DNA from: an uncultured Clostridia bacterium
GTDB lineage: Bacteria; Bacillota; Clostridia; TANB77; CAG-508
Direction of reading: 5' to 3'
DNA: 64,000 bases
Assembly (NCBI GenBank): GCA_947589645.1
Contig: CANQCG010000001.1
Location: forward strand, 19,179 to 83,178
The notes beneath the pieces were generated by a model. The model was not told the DNA's origin. It searched no databases and saw only the letters and a program-made list of their open reading frames with translations. Shown here one piece after another: positions 10,127-18,988 of this stretch (its first letter is position 1; each line of letters starts with the position of its first letter). Position numbers and translations under genes: made by a program.

Positions 10127-12250
10127 TTGAGTAAAAGAATAACTAAAGAGCAAATAAATTTAAGATTCAATATAACAACTCTTCTTGTATATATATTAGG
10201 GGCAATACTAATAGTTCAATTACTCAATTTGCAAATAGTACATGGAGAGGAATATAGAGAGCAGTCTAATACAAGGTTAACAAGAATTTCTGATATAGAA
10301 GGCTCAAGAGGAGATATTTTAGACAGAAGCGGTAACAAACTAGCCACGGTAAGAGTTGCATATAATATAGAATTGTACAAGACCAATATTGAAACGCAAG
10401 AATTAAATAATGCTATTTTAGAGTTAATAAACTTATTACAAAAAAATGAAGAAAAATATACCGATACATTTCCAATAAAAATAGATCCTTTTGAATTTAC
10501 TATTTCAGATAGTAGCTTATCTTCATGGAAAGAAAAATATGATTTTGACCAAGATATAACAGCAGAAGAAGCTTTTTATAAATTTAAAGACAAATATAAA
10601 ATATCAAGCGAAAGCATTGAAGACATACGCAAGATAATTTGTATAAGATATAGAATAACCACAGAAGGTTATAGTAGTACAAAATCAATACAAATAGCAT
10701 CAGACGTTAAACCGGAAACAGTAGCAGAAATAAGCGAAAAGAATAGCATTTTTGCAGGAATAAATATAGCAGAATCATCAATAAGAACTTACACATCAGG
10801 TAGCCTAGCCTCACATATTATAGGCTATATAGGTAATATTAATGAGGATGAATACAAAAAGCTAAAAGATACCTATGGCAGAAATGATATAATAGGAAGA
10901 ACTGGAGTAGAAAGCTTATTTGAAAATTACCTAAAAGGTAAAAGAGGCGAAAAGCAAATAGATATGGCAGTAGATGGAACTACCACAGCAGAATATGTAA
11001 CAAAAGAAGCAATATCAGGCTCAAACATTGTACTTACAATAGATTCTAATTTGCAACGTATTGCAGAGAACACTTTAAAAAATACTATTAACAAAATAGC
11101 ATCAGGAGGTTTTGCAGAAACAATTGATACAAAAGCAGGAAGTGTAGTTGTAATGAAGGTGGATACGGGTGAAATATTAGCAATGGCAAGTTATCCTGAC
11201 TTCGAGCCAGAAAAATTTGTTGGAGGAATTTCACCGAGTGATTGGAACTCATATAGAAACAATGAAAGCAAGCCATTAATAAATAGAGCAATACAATCAC
11301 AATATGCACCAGGTTCAATTTTTAAGATGGTAACTGCTACGGCAGGACTAGAAACAGGCACAATTAATATTTGGGACAGAATAAATGACACAGGAGTTTA
11401 TAGATATTATAACGATTACCAGCCAACATGTTGGCTTTATACAAGTTATGGTAGAGGCCATGGATACTTAAATGTATCAGGAGCTATAAAAAATTCTTGC
11501 AATTATTTCTTTTATGAATTAGGTAATAGACTAGGAATTGATACAATATCAAAATATGCAAAATATTTTGGGTTGGGTGAAAAAACTGGAATTGAACTTC
11601 CAAGCGAATCATCAGGTACACTTGCTTCACGTGAAACAAAACAAAAAATATATGCAAATGAAGAAAACAGTAAAAAACAATGGAATGCAGGAGAAACATT
11701 ATCTGCAGCCATTGGACAAAGTTACAATAGTTTTACCCCTTTACAAATAGCAAAATATATAGCAACACTTGTAAATTCAGGAAAAGAGGTACATCCAACT
11801 ATTATAAAAACTATTTTAAATGCAGATGGAACAGAAGAGTCAAAAGAGAATATAAGAAACTTTTCAAATGAAGCATTGGGAATAACAAATGATGAAAATG
11901 AGGAAACACTTGAGATAAAACCAGAAAATTTATCAGCCATATTAGAGGGAATGAGATCAGTAACAAGCGAAACTGGTGGAACTGCATACTCAGTTTTTAG
12001 GAACTTTAACATTGAAGTAGGTGGAAAAACTGGATCTGCTCAAGCGGGTGAAAATGTAAATGCATGGTTTACAGGGTTTGCACCATTTGATAATCCAGAG
12101 GTTGTAGTAGTAGCCATGGTAGAAAAAGGCTCACATGGTAGTTATACTGCAGAAATAGCAAGAGATATATTAGCAGAATACTTTGGTATTAACTATAGAA
12201 ATGTTGAAGAGACCACGAATGCAATTCCATATGTAGAACAAGAAAGATAG
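10127..12250 (+). CDS. mrdA: class B penicillin-binding protein (PBP2/SpoVD-type transpeptidase)
   Basis: It has an N-terminal TM segment and the SxxK (SIFK), SxN (SCN) and KTGS/KTGT (KTGSAQ) transpeptidase motifs. It follows mreD. The start is TTG, after AAGGTGA. Confidence 0.85.
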   Translation: MSKRITKEQINLRFNITTLLVYILGAILIVQLLNLQIVHGEEYREQSNTRLTRISDIEGSRGDILDRSGNKLATVRVAYNIELYKTNIETQELNNAILELINLLQKNEEKYTDTFPIKIDPFEFTISDSSLSSWKEKYDFDQDITAEEAFYKFKDKYKISSESIEDIRKIICIRYRITTEGYSSTKSIQIASDVKPETVAEISEKNSIFAGINIAESSIRTYTSGSLASHIIGYIGNINEDEYKKLKDTYGRNDIIGRTGVESLFENYLKGKRGEKQIDMAVDGTTTAEYVTKEAISGSNIVLTIDSNLQRIAENTLKNTINKIASGGFAETIDTKAGSVVVMKVDTGEILAMASYPDFEPEKFVGGISPSDWNSYRNNESKPLINRAIQSQYAPGSIFKMVTATAGLETGTINIWDRINDTGVYRYYNDYQPTCWLYTSYGRGHGYLNVSGAIKNSCNYFFYELGNRLGIDTISKYAKYFGLGEKTGIELPSESSGTLASRETKQKIYANEENSKKQWNAGETLSAAIGQSYNSFTPLQIAKYIATLVNSGKEVHPTIIKTILNADGTEESKENIRNFSNEALGITNDENEETLEIKPENLSAILEGMRSVTSETGGTAYSVFRNFNIEVGGKTGSAQAGENVNAWFTGFAPFDNPEVVVVAMVEKGSHGSYTAEIARDILAEYFGINYRNVEETTNAIPYVEQER

Positions 12251-12264
12251 TGGAGGAAACCAAA

Positions 12265-12882
12265 ATGAGAAATATTAGTATAAACCTAAAAAAGAAAGAA
12301 AATATCATAAAAATAGAAGAAAATGCAGAACAAAAAAATATAATTAATGAGTTGAATGGTAAGCTACCAAACTTAAAAAGATTGTATAAGGATGAAAAAA
12401 CGCCAATTAGGGTTACAGGAAAAGCATTAAAAAATAGTGAAATGGACGAAATAGAAAATCTTATAAAAAAATATTTAGATGTAGAAATTAGATTTGATTT
12501 ACCAAAAGAGTTAGGCTTATCAGGGATAGTAAAAACTTTTAATCAAACAATAAAAACTTCTGAAACTAGGTTCTATAAAGGTTCTATACGTTCAGGTAAA
12601 AAACTAGAAGCTGAGGGCAGCATAGTAGTTCTAGGAGATGTAAACTCAGGCGCAGAAATTGTGGCAACAGACAATATTGTAGTTTTAGGTTCCTTAAGAG
12701 GCTTAGCACATGCTGGGGCTAAAGGAAACAAAGAGGCAGTTGTATCAGCAGGTAGTTTTGATGCAGTTCAAATAAGGATTGCTAATATTATCAAAGAGAT
12801 AGATAGAGAAGAACAAGAAACACAAATAACACATGCTTATATACATGTGGTGGATGATAAAATAGTAATAGAAGAATGCTAA
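12265..12882 (+). CDS. minC: septum site-determining protein MinC
   Basis: The C-terminal beta-helix repeat is present (GSIRSGKKLEAEGSIVVLGDVNSGAEIVATDNIVVLGSLRGLAHAG). ATG 12265 is placed 7 nt after GTGGAGGA. The track start at 12250 is a GTG inside that RBS. Confidence 0.85.
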   Translation: MRNISINLKKKENIIKIEENAEQKNIINELNGKLPNLKRLYKDEKTPIRVTGKALKNSEMDEIENLIKKYLDVEIRFDLPKELGLSGIVKTFNQTIKTSETRFYKGSIRSGKKLEAEGSIVVLGDVNSGAEIVATDNIVVLGSLRGLAHAGAKGNKEAVVSAGSFDAVQIRIANIIKEIDREEQETQITHAYIHVVDDKIVIEEC

Positions 12883-12888
12883 TAAAAT

Positions 12889-13269
12889 TTAACTAAGTAA
12901 AAGCAAAATAAGTACAATAAAAAGGCCATCATCTTTTACACCTTCTGAATATAGGCAATATATTAGGCTGACTAGTAAAACATCATCCGAATAGATTTTT
13001 AAACCAAATAAATCAAACAAATAATCATAATTTTTGTTTGATTTATTTTTTTGTTCACATTTTCTAAACTCTGCTTGATTACTCAAAGTAGGACCATCTT
13101 TTTGAACATTATTAGAATTTACAGGCACAGGAATTGTAGAGATAGTTTTATTTGTATTAGCCGTAGTTGAATTTTGAAAATCATGATATTTTGGTGGCGT
13201 TCTATAAAAAGGAAAAGGAAAGTTAAAATATGGAGGCCTAGGCATTATGTTGATTCTCCTTTTTGTCAT
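12889..13269 (-). CDS. hypothetical protein (Pro/aromatic-rich N-terminus, hydrophobic C-terminus)
   Basis: ORF from the track. It is convergent with minC and has no recognisable family. The start could be 13245 (MPRPPY). Confidence 0.4.
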   Translation of the reverse strand: MTKRRINIMPRPPYFNFPFPFYRTPPKYHDFQNSTTANTNKTISTIPVPVNSNNVQKDGPTLSNQAEFRKCEQKNKSNKNYDYLFDLFGLKIYSDDVLLVSLIYCLYSEGVKDDGLFIVLILLLLS

Positions 13270-13678
13270 TTTTCATAACTTCTGCAAGTTTAGTAAGATT
13301 AAGTAAATTAGAATATTGATCCACCTTGCTTTTTCTACTATCTCTAAGATATGGCTTCAAAGAATTTAATAAATTACTACCAGGATTGTCTTTTTGATTC
13401 ATAGCATTTATTACAGAGCTCATCTTCATAATTGTTTCTGCATCTAAGTTTAAATTATTATTTGATGAACTATTTGAATTATTATTTCCTTTTAACATAG
13501 AAGAGACATTATTAATCATTTCTGGAGAAACTTGAGAAAGCATGTCATTTAAAGTTTTATTAGAATCTCCATTCTTATTATTTATATTGTTAATCAAGTC
13601 TTGCATTTCACTTGGAATATTTCCGCTATCCACCATTTTCTTTAAAGTATTAAAAGCATCAGTTAAATTATCTGACAT
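13238..13678 (-). CDS. hypothetical Asn/Ser-rich protein
   Basis: The ORF is 146 aa with a low-complexity NNNSNSSSNNN core and an AGGAGG RBS upstream. Confidence 0.45.
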   Translation of the reverse strand: MSDNLTDAFNTLKKMVDSGNIPSEMQDLINNINNKNGDSNKTLNDMLSQVSPEMINNVSSMLKGNNNSNSSSNNNLNLDAETIMKMSSVINAMNQKDNPGSNLLNSLKPYLRDSRKSKVDQYSNLLNLTKLAEVMKNDKKENQHNA

Positions 13679-13938
13679 ATTAATTCCTCCTAAACTGATA
13701 ATATATTATATGTTTTTTTAATACTAATATGATATTCATTAAATTAAAAAGTGTTAAAAAGGTGTAGCCGTATAAAAAAAGACATATTTCTACATTCGAA
13801 TTTTAAAATTTATTTTTTAACAAGTAAGAAACGAGAAACAAAAACTTAACAAAAACGATATATTTTTGTAATATTTTGACGAAATGAGCTTCCGTAAGCA
13901 CAAATTAAGTGAAGCAAAAAAGCTTACAAATAGTTACA

Positions 13939-13966
13939 TTGACAATGAAAAGCCCAAGAGTATAAT
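13939..13966 (+). promoter_or_regulatory. sigma-A-type promoter for the A1-B1 operon (TTGACA - 16 nt - TATAAT)
   Basis: The -35 is TTGACA at 13939..13944 and the -10 is TATAAT at 13961..13966, about 30 nt upstream of the A1 start. Confidence 0.5.
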
Positions 13967-13996
13967 TTATTATAAATAAATATGTTTGGAGGAAAA

Positions 13997-16900
13997 GTTA
14001 TGAAAAACAAAGTATTAAAAATAGCAATAGCAATTGTGCTAATAATGGTTATGACCATGTCAGATTTTATTTTTCTCGGCATGAGTGTAATAGCATATGC
14101 TGAGCAAAATGGCAGTGATGCAACAAATCATGCAAACGTTAAGTTTAGCACGTATTTTAAAGCGGAGGAAAGAAAAGTATCACAGAGCAAAATACAGATG
14201 GATAGCCAAGATATGAAGTTATACATGAACGTATCAGTAAAAAATGAAGGATACTTTGATGGAGTAATAACTTTAGAAAGCAGCAATTTCAAGCTAAAAC
14301 CAGAGAAATTAAGTGAATGCATAAGTAGCATAGAAGGAAACAAAATTATTCTAAACCGTGTAAGAGCTGGCGAAAGCATAGAAATTGAAGTAGGAATAGA
14401 GCCTATAAGAGAAGAAAACTATGGCGAAAATATGCTAGAAAAGATAAGTAAAATAAAACTAACTGGAAGCTATAAAGATAGCACAGAGAAAACTATAAAC
14501 ATAGACGCAACAAAAAATGTAGTTTTAGATTTACTTACACCAAGTAATTTAGACACAGCTTTATCATCACAAGTAATAACAAACAAGATATTTAAAATTG
14601 GTGAAGAAGAAAAAAGAATAGTACAAGTAGAAATAGATTCTACAGTATTACAAAATGCATATCCAATAAAAACTACGAACTTCGAAGTGACATTACCAAA
14701 AGAGGCAGAAGATATAGAAGTAATAGCGAAAGAAACTTCAGCAACAGATGGAAATTTAGATAGAAAATTAAACAATAAAAATTATAGCTATGATAAAGAA
14801 AGTAGCTTGTTAAAACTAGCAATAGAAAACGAAGTAAAAGATGGTAAGATAGTATGGAAACAAGAAGCAAAAGATAGCATAATAGTTACATTTGTTTTGC
14901 CAGTAGAAAAAGAAATAACAGAAGAAGAATATTTAGTAAAATCAAAAGTTGATTTTTATGGTGAGGAACAAACAAAAATAGAGAAAGAAGCAAAATATAA
15001 TTTACAACAAGAGGCAAATGGAATAATAAGAACAGAAGTACAAAACAAAGAAGAGATATACAAAGGAAAAATATATTCAAGAGAAGAAAGAGAATATTTA
15101 ACCCAAACAAATATAGAAATAAACTATTCAAACTTAGTTGAAGGAAACACAGTTGTAGAAAATGTAACATATAAAACAGAAACAGAAGAAAAACAAGCAA
15201 ATATAGAATATAAAACAACTACAATTAATAAGGCAGAAATACAAAAGGTATTAGGAGAAGAAGGAACATTAACATTAAAAAATGGAGCAGAAATAATAGC
15301 AGAAATTACAAATAAGACTGAAGCTAATGAAGAAGGAAACATAGTAATAAATTACAACGCAGGAGTAAAAGAATTAACAATAGAAATTACAAAAGCAGTA
15401 GAAACAGGAATAATAAGATTAAAACATACAAAAGTGATAAAAGAAGAAGCATATACAAAAGATGAAATAGTAGCAATAAAAGGGCTTGTAGAGAGAGCAA
15501 GCGTAAATTACAATTTAGGAGAACAAACATTAGGATATAATTGCGAAAAAGTAACAGAATTAAAAGAAACAAAAACATTAACAGAATTGTCAGTAGCACC
15601 AACTAACTTATCAACAGCAGTAGTAAATGAAGAAGTAAAATTTGCATTAACATTAAAAACAGATAATGAAAAATATGATTTATATAAAAATCCTACAATA
15701 ACAATAAAATTACCAGACTATGTAAAAAATATAGAACTAAAGAAAGCTAATGCCTTATACTTAGAAAGCATGCAAGTGTCAAGATTTTATTATTTAAACA
15801 ATACAAAAGAATTAAAATTAGAATTACAAGGCGAACAAACAAAGTATAATGGAACCAACAATAACATATACATTGAAATTTTATTAAATATAGAATTAGA
15901 GGAAACTATACCAAGTAAAAAAGATGCTATAACATTAACATATACAAACGACAAAGCAGTTACGTATGAAAACGAAGGAAAAGTGCTTGTACCAATAAGT
16001 ATAACAGGAATAAATGGGTTAGTTTCATTTAATAAAATAACAAACTATAATGTAAAAACAAATTCAGTAACAAGTAAAGAAGAACAAATAGCAGATGTAG
16101 AAATGAATAGTATGGCAACTGAAGCAAATGCAGAAATAGCACTTGTAAATAATACTGGAACAAAATTAACAGATGTAAAAGTTTTAGGCAACTTACCAGT
16201 AGATGGAGAGTTTAAATTAGGGAACTATACATTTGAAAACACAATAGGAGCAACATTAAAAAATGGAATAAATGTGCAAAATGAGGCAGCAACTGTGTAT
16301 TATACAGCAAATGAAAATGCAACAAAAGACTTAGGTAATGCAGAAAACGGATGGACAACAAATTTAAATGAGGTAGCAAATCCAGTATTATACATGATAG
16401 TAATACCAAATATGGAAGTAGAAACAAACTTTATAGCAAACTATACAATGAAGGTACCAGCAAACTTACAATATAATAAAGATATGAAAACAACATATAC
16501 AGTAGATTATATAGTAAATGATTCAACTACAACAGTAAATGCAGTACCAGTAGGACTAGAAACAGGAAAAGTAGAAGTACAATTATTAGCAAGTGTAGGT
16601 GGAAACGTAATAGAAAATAACAGCATGGTAAGAGCAGGAGAAGTAATAAAATACACAATAAATGTAACAAATACAGGTAGTAACGATGTACAAAATGTGA
16701 AAGTATCAGCATCAGTACCAGATGGAACAGTATATATAGAGCCACTAGAAAATTCTGTGTATGTAGAACCACTAAACTTATATTATGAAGAAAATGCAGA
16801 AAAGGAAACAGTAGAAGCAACTTTCGAAAATATTAAGGTTAATGAAACAAAAACAGTAGAGTATGAAGTAAGAGTAAAATCTGATGTAACTGAAGAAACA

Positions 16901-18988
16901 GCCTTAAACCAAGCAACAGTTACATATAATGACAATGTGGAAGTAAAATCAAATGAGGTTACTAACTCTTTAAAAGAAGGAAAAGTAAGAATAACTGTAA
17001 AAAGAGGAACAGATACATCATTAGATCTTTTACAATCACAAAATATAGCATATTTTATAATAGTAGAAAATATATCAAACGAAGAAGTTAAAAACTTAGA
17101 AGTAAAAATAAACATACCAGAAGAACTTAAGTTATCTGAAGTTATAGATACAGATATAGAAAGCATATTACCTCTTTCAAATATAATACAAATTGATTCT
17201 ATAAAACCTGACGGAAATAAAGTATATAAAATATTTACGTGCGTAAATAAATCTGACGAAGCACAAAAAGCTACTAATATTACAGCAACAGTAGAACAAA
17301 AAGATGAGAGTATTGTTTATAGATCTAACTCATTTGATGAAATAGTTTATGGCTTTGATATTGATATTACAATGACAGGAACACGAGAAGGAGAATATTT
17401 AAAACCAGAAGATATAATAGAATTTGAAATAACAGTTGTAAATAATTCACTTATTAATGCAATAAACTATGAAGTAACAACTACAATACCAGAGCAATTA
17501 AGTATTAATAAAATAGAAGTTGACGGAGTAGAAGAAGAAAACATAATAGGAAATAATTTTTCAAAAGTATTAGGAGATTTACTTTCTGGCGAAACTATTA
17601 AAATAAAAATAGAAGCAATGGTAAATTATGATCCAACTAGAACAAAAATCGAAACTATTTCAACATCTGCAAATTTAATAAATTCAGGTGTTGTAGAAAA
17701 ACAAACAAATGCAATAGTACATTATTTAGAGGCAATTAAGAAACCTGGAGAGGAAGTGGTAGACCCAGATGACCCAGACAATCCACCAGTAGATCCGCCA
17801 ATAGATCCACCAGAAGACCCAGACAACCCACCAGTAGATCCAGATGATCCAGATAATCCAGATAAGCCACCAGTAGACCCAGATGATCCGGACAACCCAG
17901 ACAACCCAGATAACCCAGATAACCCTCCAACAGTTAATAAATACAGCATATCCGGTAAAGCATGGATAGATAGAAATCAAGATGGTGAACTAAATGAAGA
18001 TGATGCAGTTTTAAAAGATATAAAAGTAAGATTATTAGATTTAGCAACAAATCAATTCGTAAGAAATGATGAGGGAACAAAAGATTTAATTGTAGAAACT
18101 GATGATAATGGAGCATATATATTTGTAAATATAAAAGAAGGAAAATACATTGTAGTATTTGAATATGATACAAGTTTATATAAGCCAACAGATTATCAAA
18201 AACAAGGAGTACAAGAAGCTAATAATTCAAATGTAATTACAAAAACATTAGATATTAATGGCGAAGAACAAGAATATGCAACAACAAATGAAATCGAATT
18301 AAATCAAAACATAGCGAACATAAATATGGGCTTAGCATTTACAAAGAGATTTGATATACAAATAGATAAATATATAACAAAATTAATAGTACAAACTTCA
18401 CAAGGAACAACAACATATGATTATAAAGATAAAGATTTCGCAAGAGTAGAGATAAATGCAAAAAGAATAATAGGATCAAGTATATTAGTACAATATACAA
18501 TAAGGGCAACAAACACAGGAGATGTAGATGCATACATCAATTCACTAGTGGATTATATGCCAAATGACCTAAAATTTAACTCAGAATTAAATAAAGATTG
18601 GTATGAATTAAATGGCAATTTATATACAAGCAGTTTAATGAATACACCAATAGAACCAGGAAAGAGCAAAGAAGTTAATTTAATATTAACAAAGACAAAA
18701 ACAGATGGAAATGCGGAATTAATAAATAATATGGCAGAAATACAAGAAGCATATAACATATATGGAATAATAGATACAAACTCACAAACTGAAAATCAAA
18801 ATAAAGACGAAAACGATTTAGGATCAGCAGATTTATTAATAAGTATACAAACAGGTAGAGCATTTAGCTATATAACTTTAGTAATACTTATGATAGCAGT
18901 AATTGGAATTGCAACTTACTTAATAAATAAAAAATTATTGCATATAGACTCTAATGGAAAGGAGGAAGACATAAATGCAAAAAAATAA
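13997..18988 (+). CDS. giant surface protein A1. It has a signal peptide, DUF11 repeats, a Pro/Asp-rich linker, an SdrD-B-like domain, a further DUF11 repeat and a C-terminal SIQTG motif followed by a TM segment and a basic tail.
   Basis: ATG 13997 follows GGAGGA; the track start 13982 lacks an RBS. The DUF11 signature is VRAGEVIKYTINVTNTGSNDVQNVKVSASVPDGTVY. The SdrD-B-like block runs SGKAWIDRNQDGELNEDD...DDNGAYIFVNIKEGKYIVVFEYD. The C-terminus is ...LLISIQTGRAFSYITLVILMIAVIGIATYLINKK. Confidence 0.85.
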   Translation, partial: VMKNKVLKIAIAIVLIMVMTMSDFIFLGMSVIAYAEQNGSDATNHANVKFSTYFKAEERKVSQSKIQMDSQDMKLYMNVSVKNEGYFDGVITLESSNFKLKPEKLSECISSIEGNKIILNRVRAGESIEIEVGIEPIREENYGENMLEKISKIKLTGSYKDSTEKTINIDATKNVVLDLLTPSNLDTALSSQVITNKIFKIGEEEKRIVQVEIDSTVLQNAYPIKTTNFEVTLPKEAEDIEVIAKETSATDGNLDRKLNNKNYSYDKESSLLKLAIENEVKDGKIVWKQEAKDSIIVTFVLPVEKEITEEEYLVKSKVDFYGEEQTKIEKEAKYNLQQEANGIIRTEVQNKEEIYKGKIYSREEREYLTQTNIEINYSNLVEGNTVVENVTYKTETEEKQANIEYKTTTINKAEIQKVLGEEGTLTLKNGAEIIAEITNKTEANEEGNIVINYNAGVKELTIEITKAVETGIIRLKHTKVIKEEAYTKDEIVAIKGLVERASVNYNLGEQTLGYNCEKVTELKETKTLTELSVAPTNLSTAVVNEEVKFALTLKTDNEKYDLYKNPTITIKLPDYVKNIELKKANALYLESMQVSRFYYLNNTKELKLELQGEQTKYNGTNNNIYIEILLNIELEETIPSKKDAITLTYTNDKAVTYENEGKVLVPISITGINGLVSFNKITNYNVKTNSVTSKEEQIADVEMNSMATEANAEIALVNNTGTKLTDVKVLGNLPVDGEFKLGNYTFENTIGATLKNGINVQNEAATVYYTANENATKDLGNAENGWTTNLNEVANPVLYMIVIPNMEVETNFIANYTMKVPANLQYNKDMKTTYTVDYIVNDSTTTVNAVPVGLETGKVEVQLLASVGGNVIENNSMVRAGEVIKYTINVTNTGSNDVQNVKVSASVPDGTVYIEPLENSVYVEPLNLYYEENAEKETVEATFENIKVNETKTVEYEVRVKSDVTEETALNQATVTYNDNVEVKSNEVTNSLKEGKVRITVKRGTDTSLDLLQSQNIAYFIIVENISNEEVKNLEVKINIPEELKLSEVIDTDIESILPLSNIIQIDSIKPDGNKVYKIFTCVNKSDEAQKATNITATVEQKDESIVYRSNSFDEIVYGFDIDITMTGTREGEYLKPEDIIEFEITVVNNSLINAINYEVTTTIPEQLSINKIEVDGVEEENIIGNNFSKVLGDLLSGETIKIKIEAMVNYDPTRTKIETISTSANLINSGVVEKQTNAIVHYLEAIKKPGEEVVDPDDPDNPPVDPPIDPPEDPDNPPVDPDDPDNPDKPPVDPDDPDNPDNPDNPDNPPTVNKYSISGKAWIDRNQDGELNEDDAVLKDIKVRLLDLATNQFVRNDEGTKDLIVETDDNGAYIFVNIKEGKYIVVFEYDTSLYKPTDYQKQGVQEANNSNVITKTLDINGEEQEYATTNEIELNQNIANINMGLAFTKRFDIQIDKYITKLIVQTSQGTTTYDYKDKDFARVEINAKRIIGSSILVQYTIRATNTGDVDAYINSLVDYMPNDLKFNSELNKDWYELNGNLYTSSLMNTPIEPGKSKEVNLILTKTKTDGNAELINNMAEIQEAYNIYGIIDTNSQTENQNKDENDLGSADLLISIQTGRAFSYITLVILMIAVIGIATYLINKKLLHIDSNGKEEDINAKK
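17752..17930 (+). repeat. tandem short codon repeats encoding the (PDDPDNPPVD)n Pro/Asp linker of A1
   Basis: Reiterated gac cca gat gac cca gac aat cca cca gta units are seen directly. Confidence 0.7.

Noticed and set aside
14886-18188. Numerous 60-130-aa minus-strand ORFs inside the giant adhesin genes, with Leu/Phe/Ile-rich translations (for example 14886..15218, 16527..16820, 17726..17980)
   Set aside because: They are antisense to long plus-strand genes with clear domains. Their low-complexity hydrophobic translations are the expected artefact of reading A-rich codons (gaa/aaa/aca) in reverse. None has an RBS. The same applies to similar ORFs antisense to B1, A2, B2 and C.
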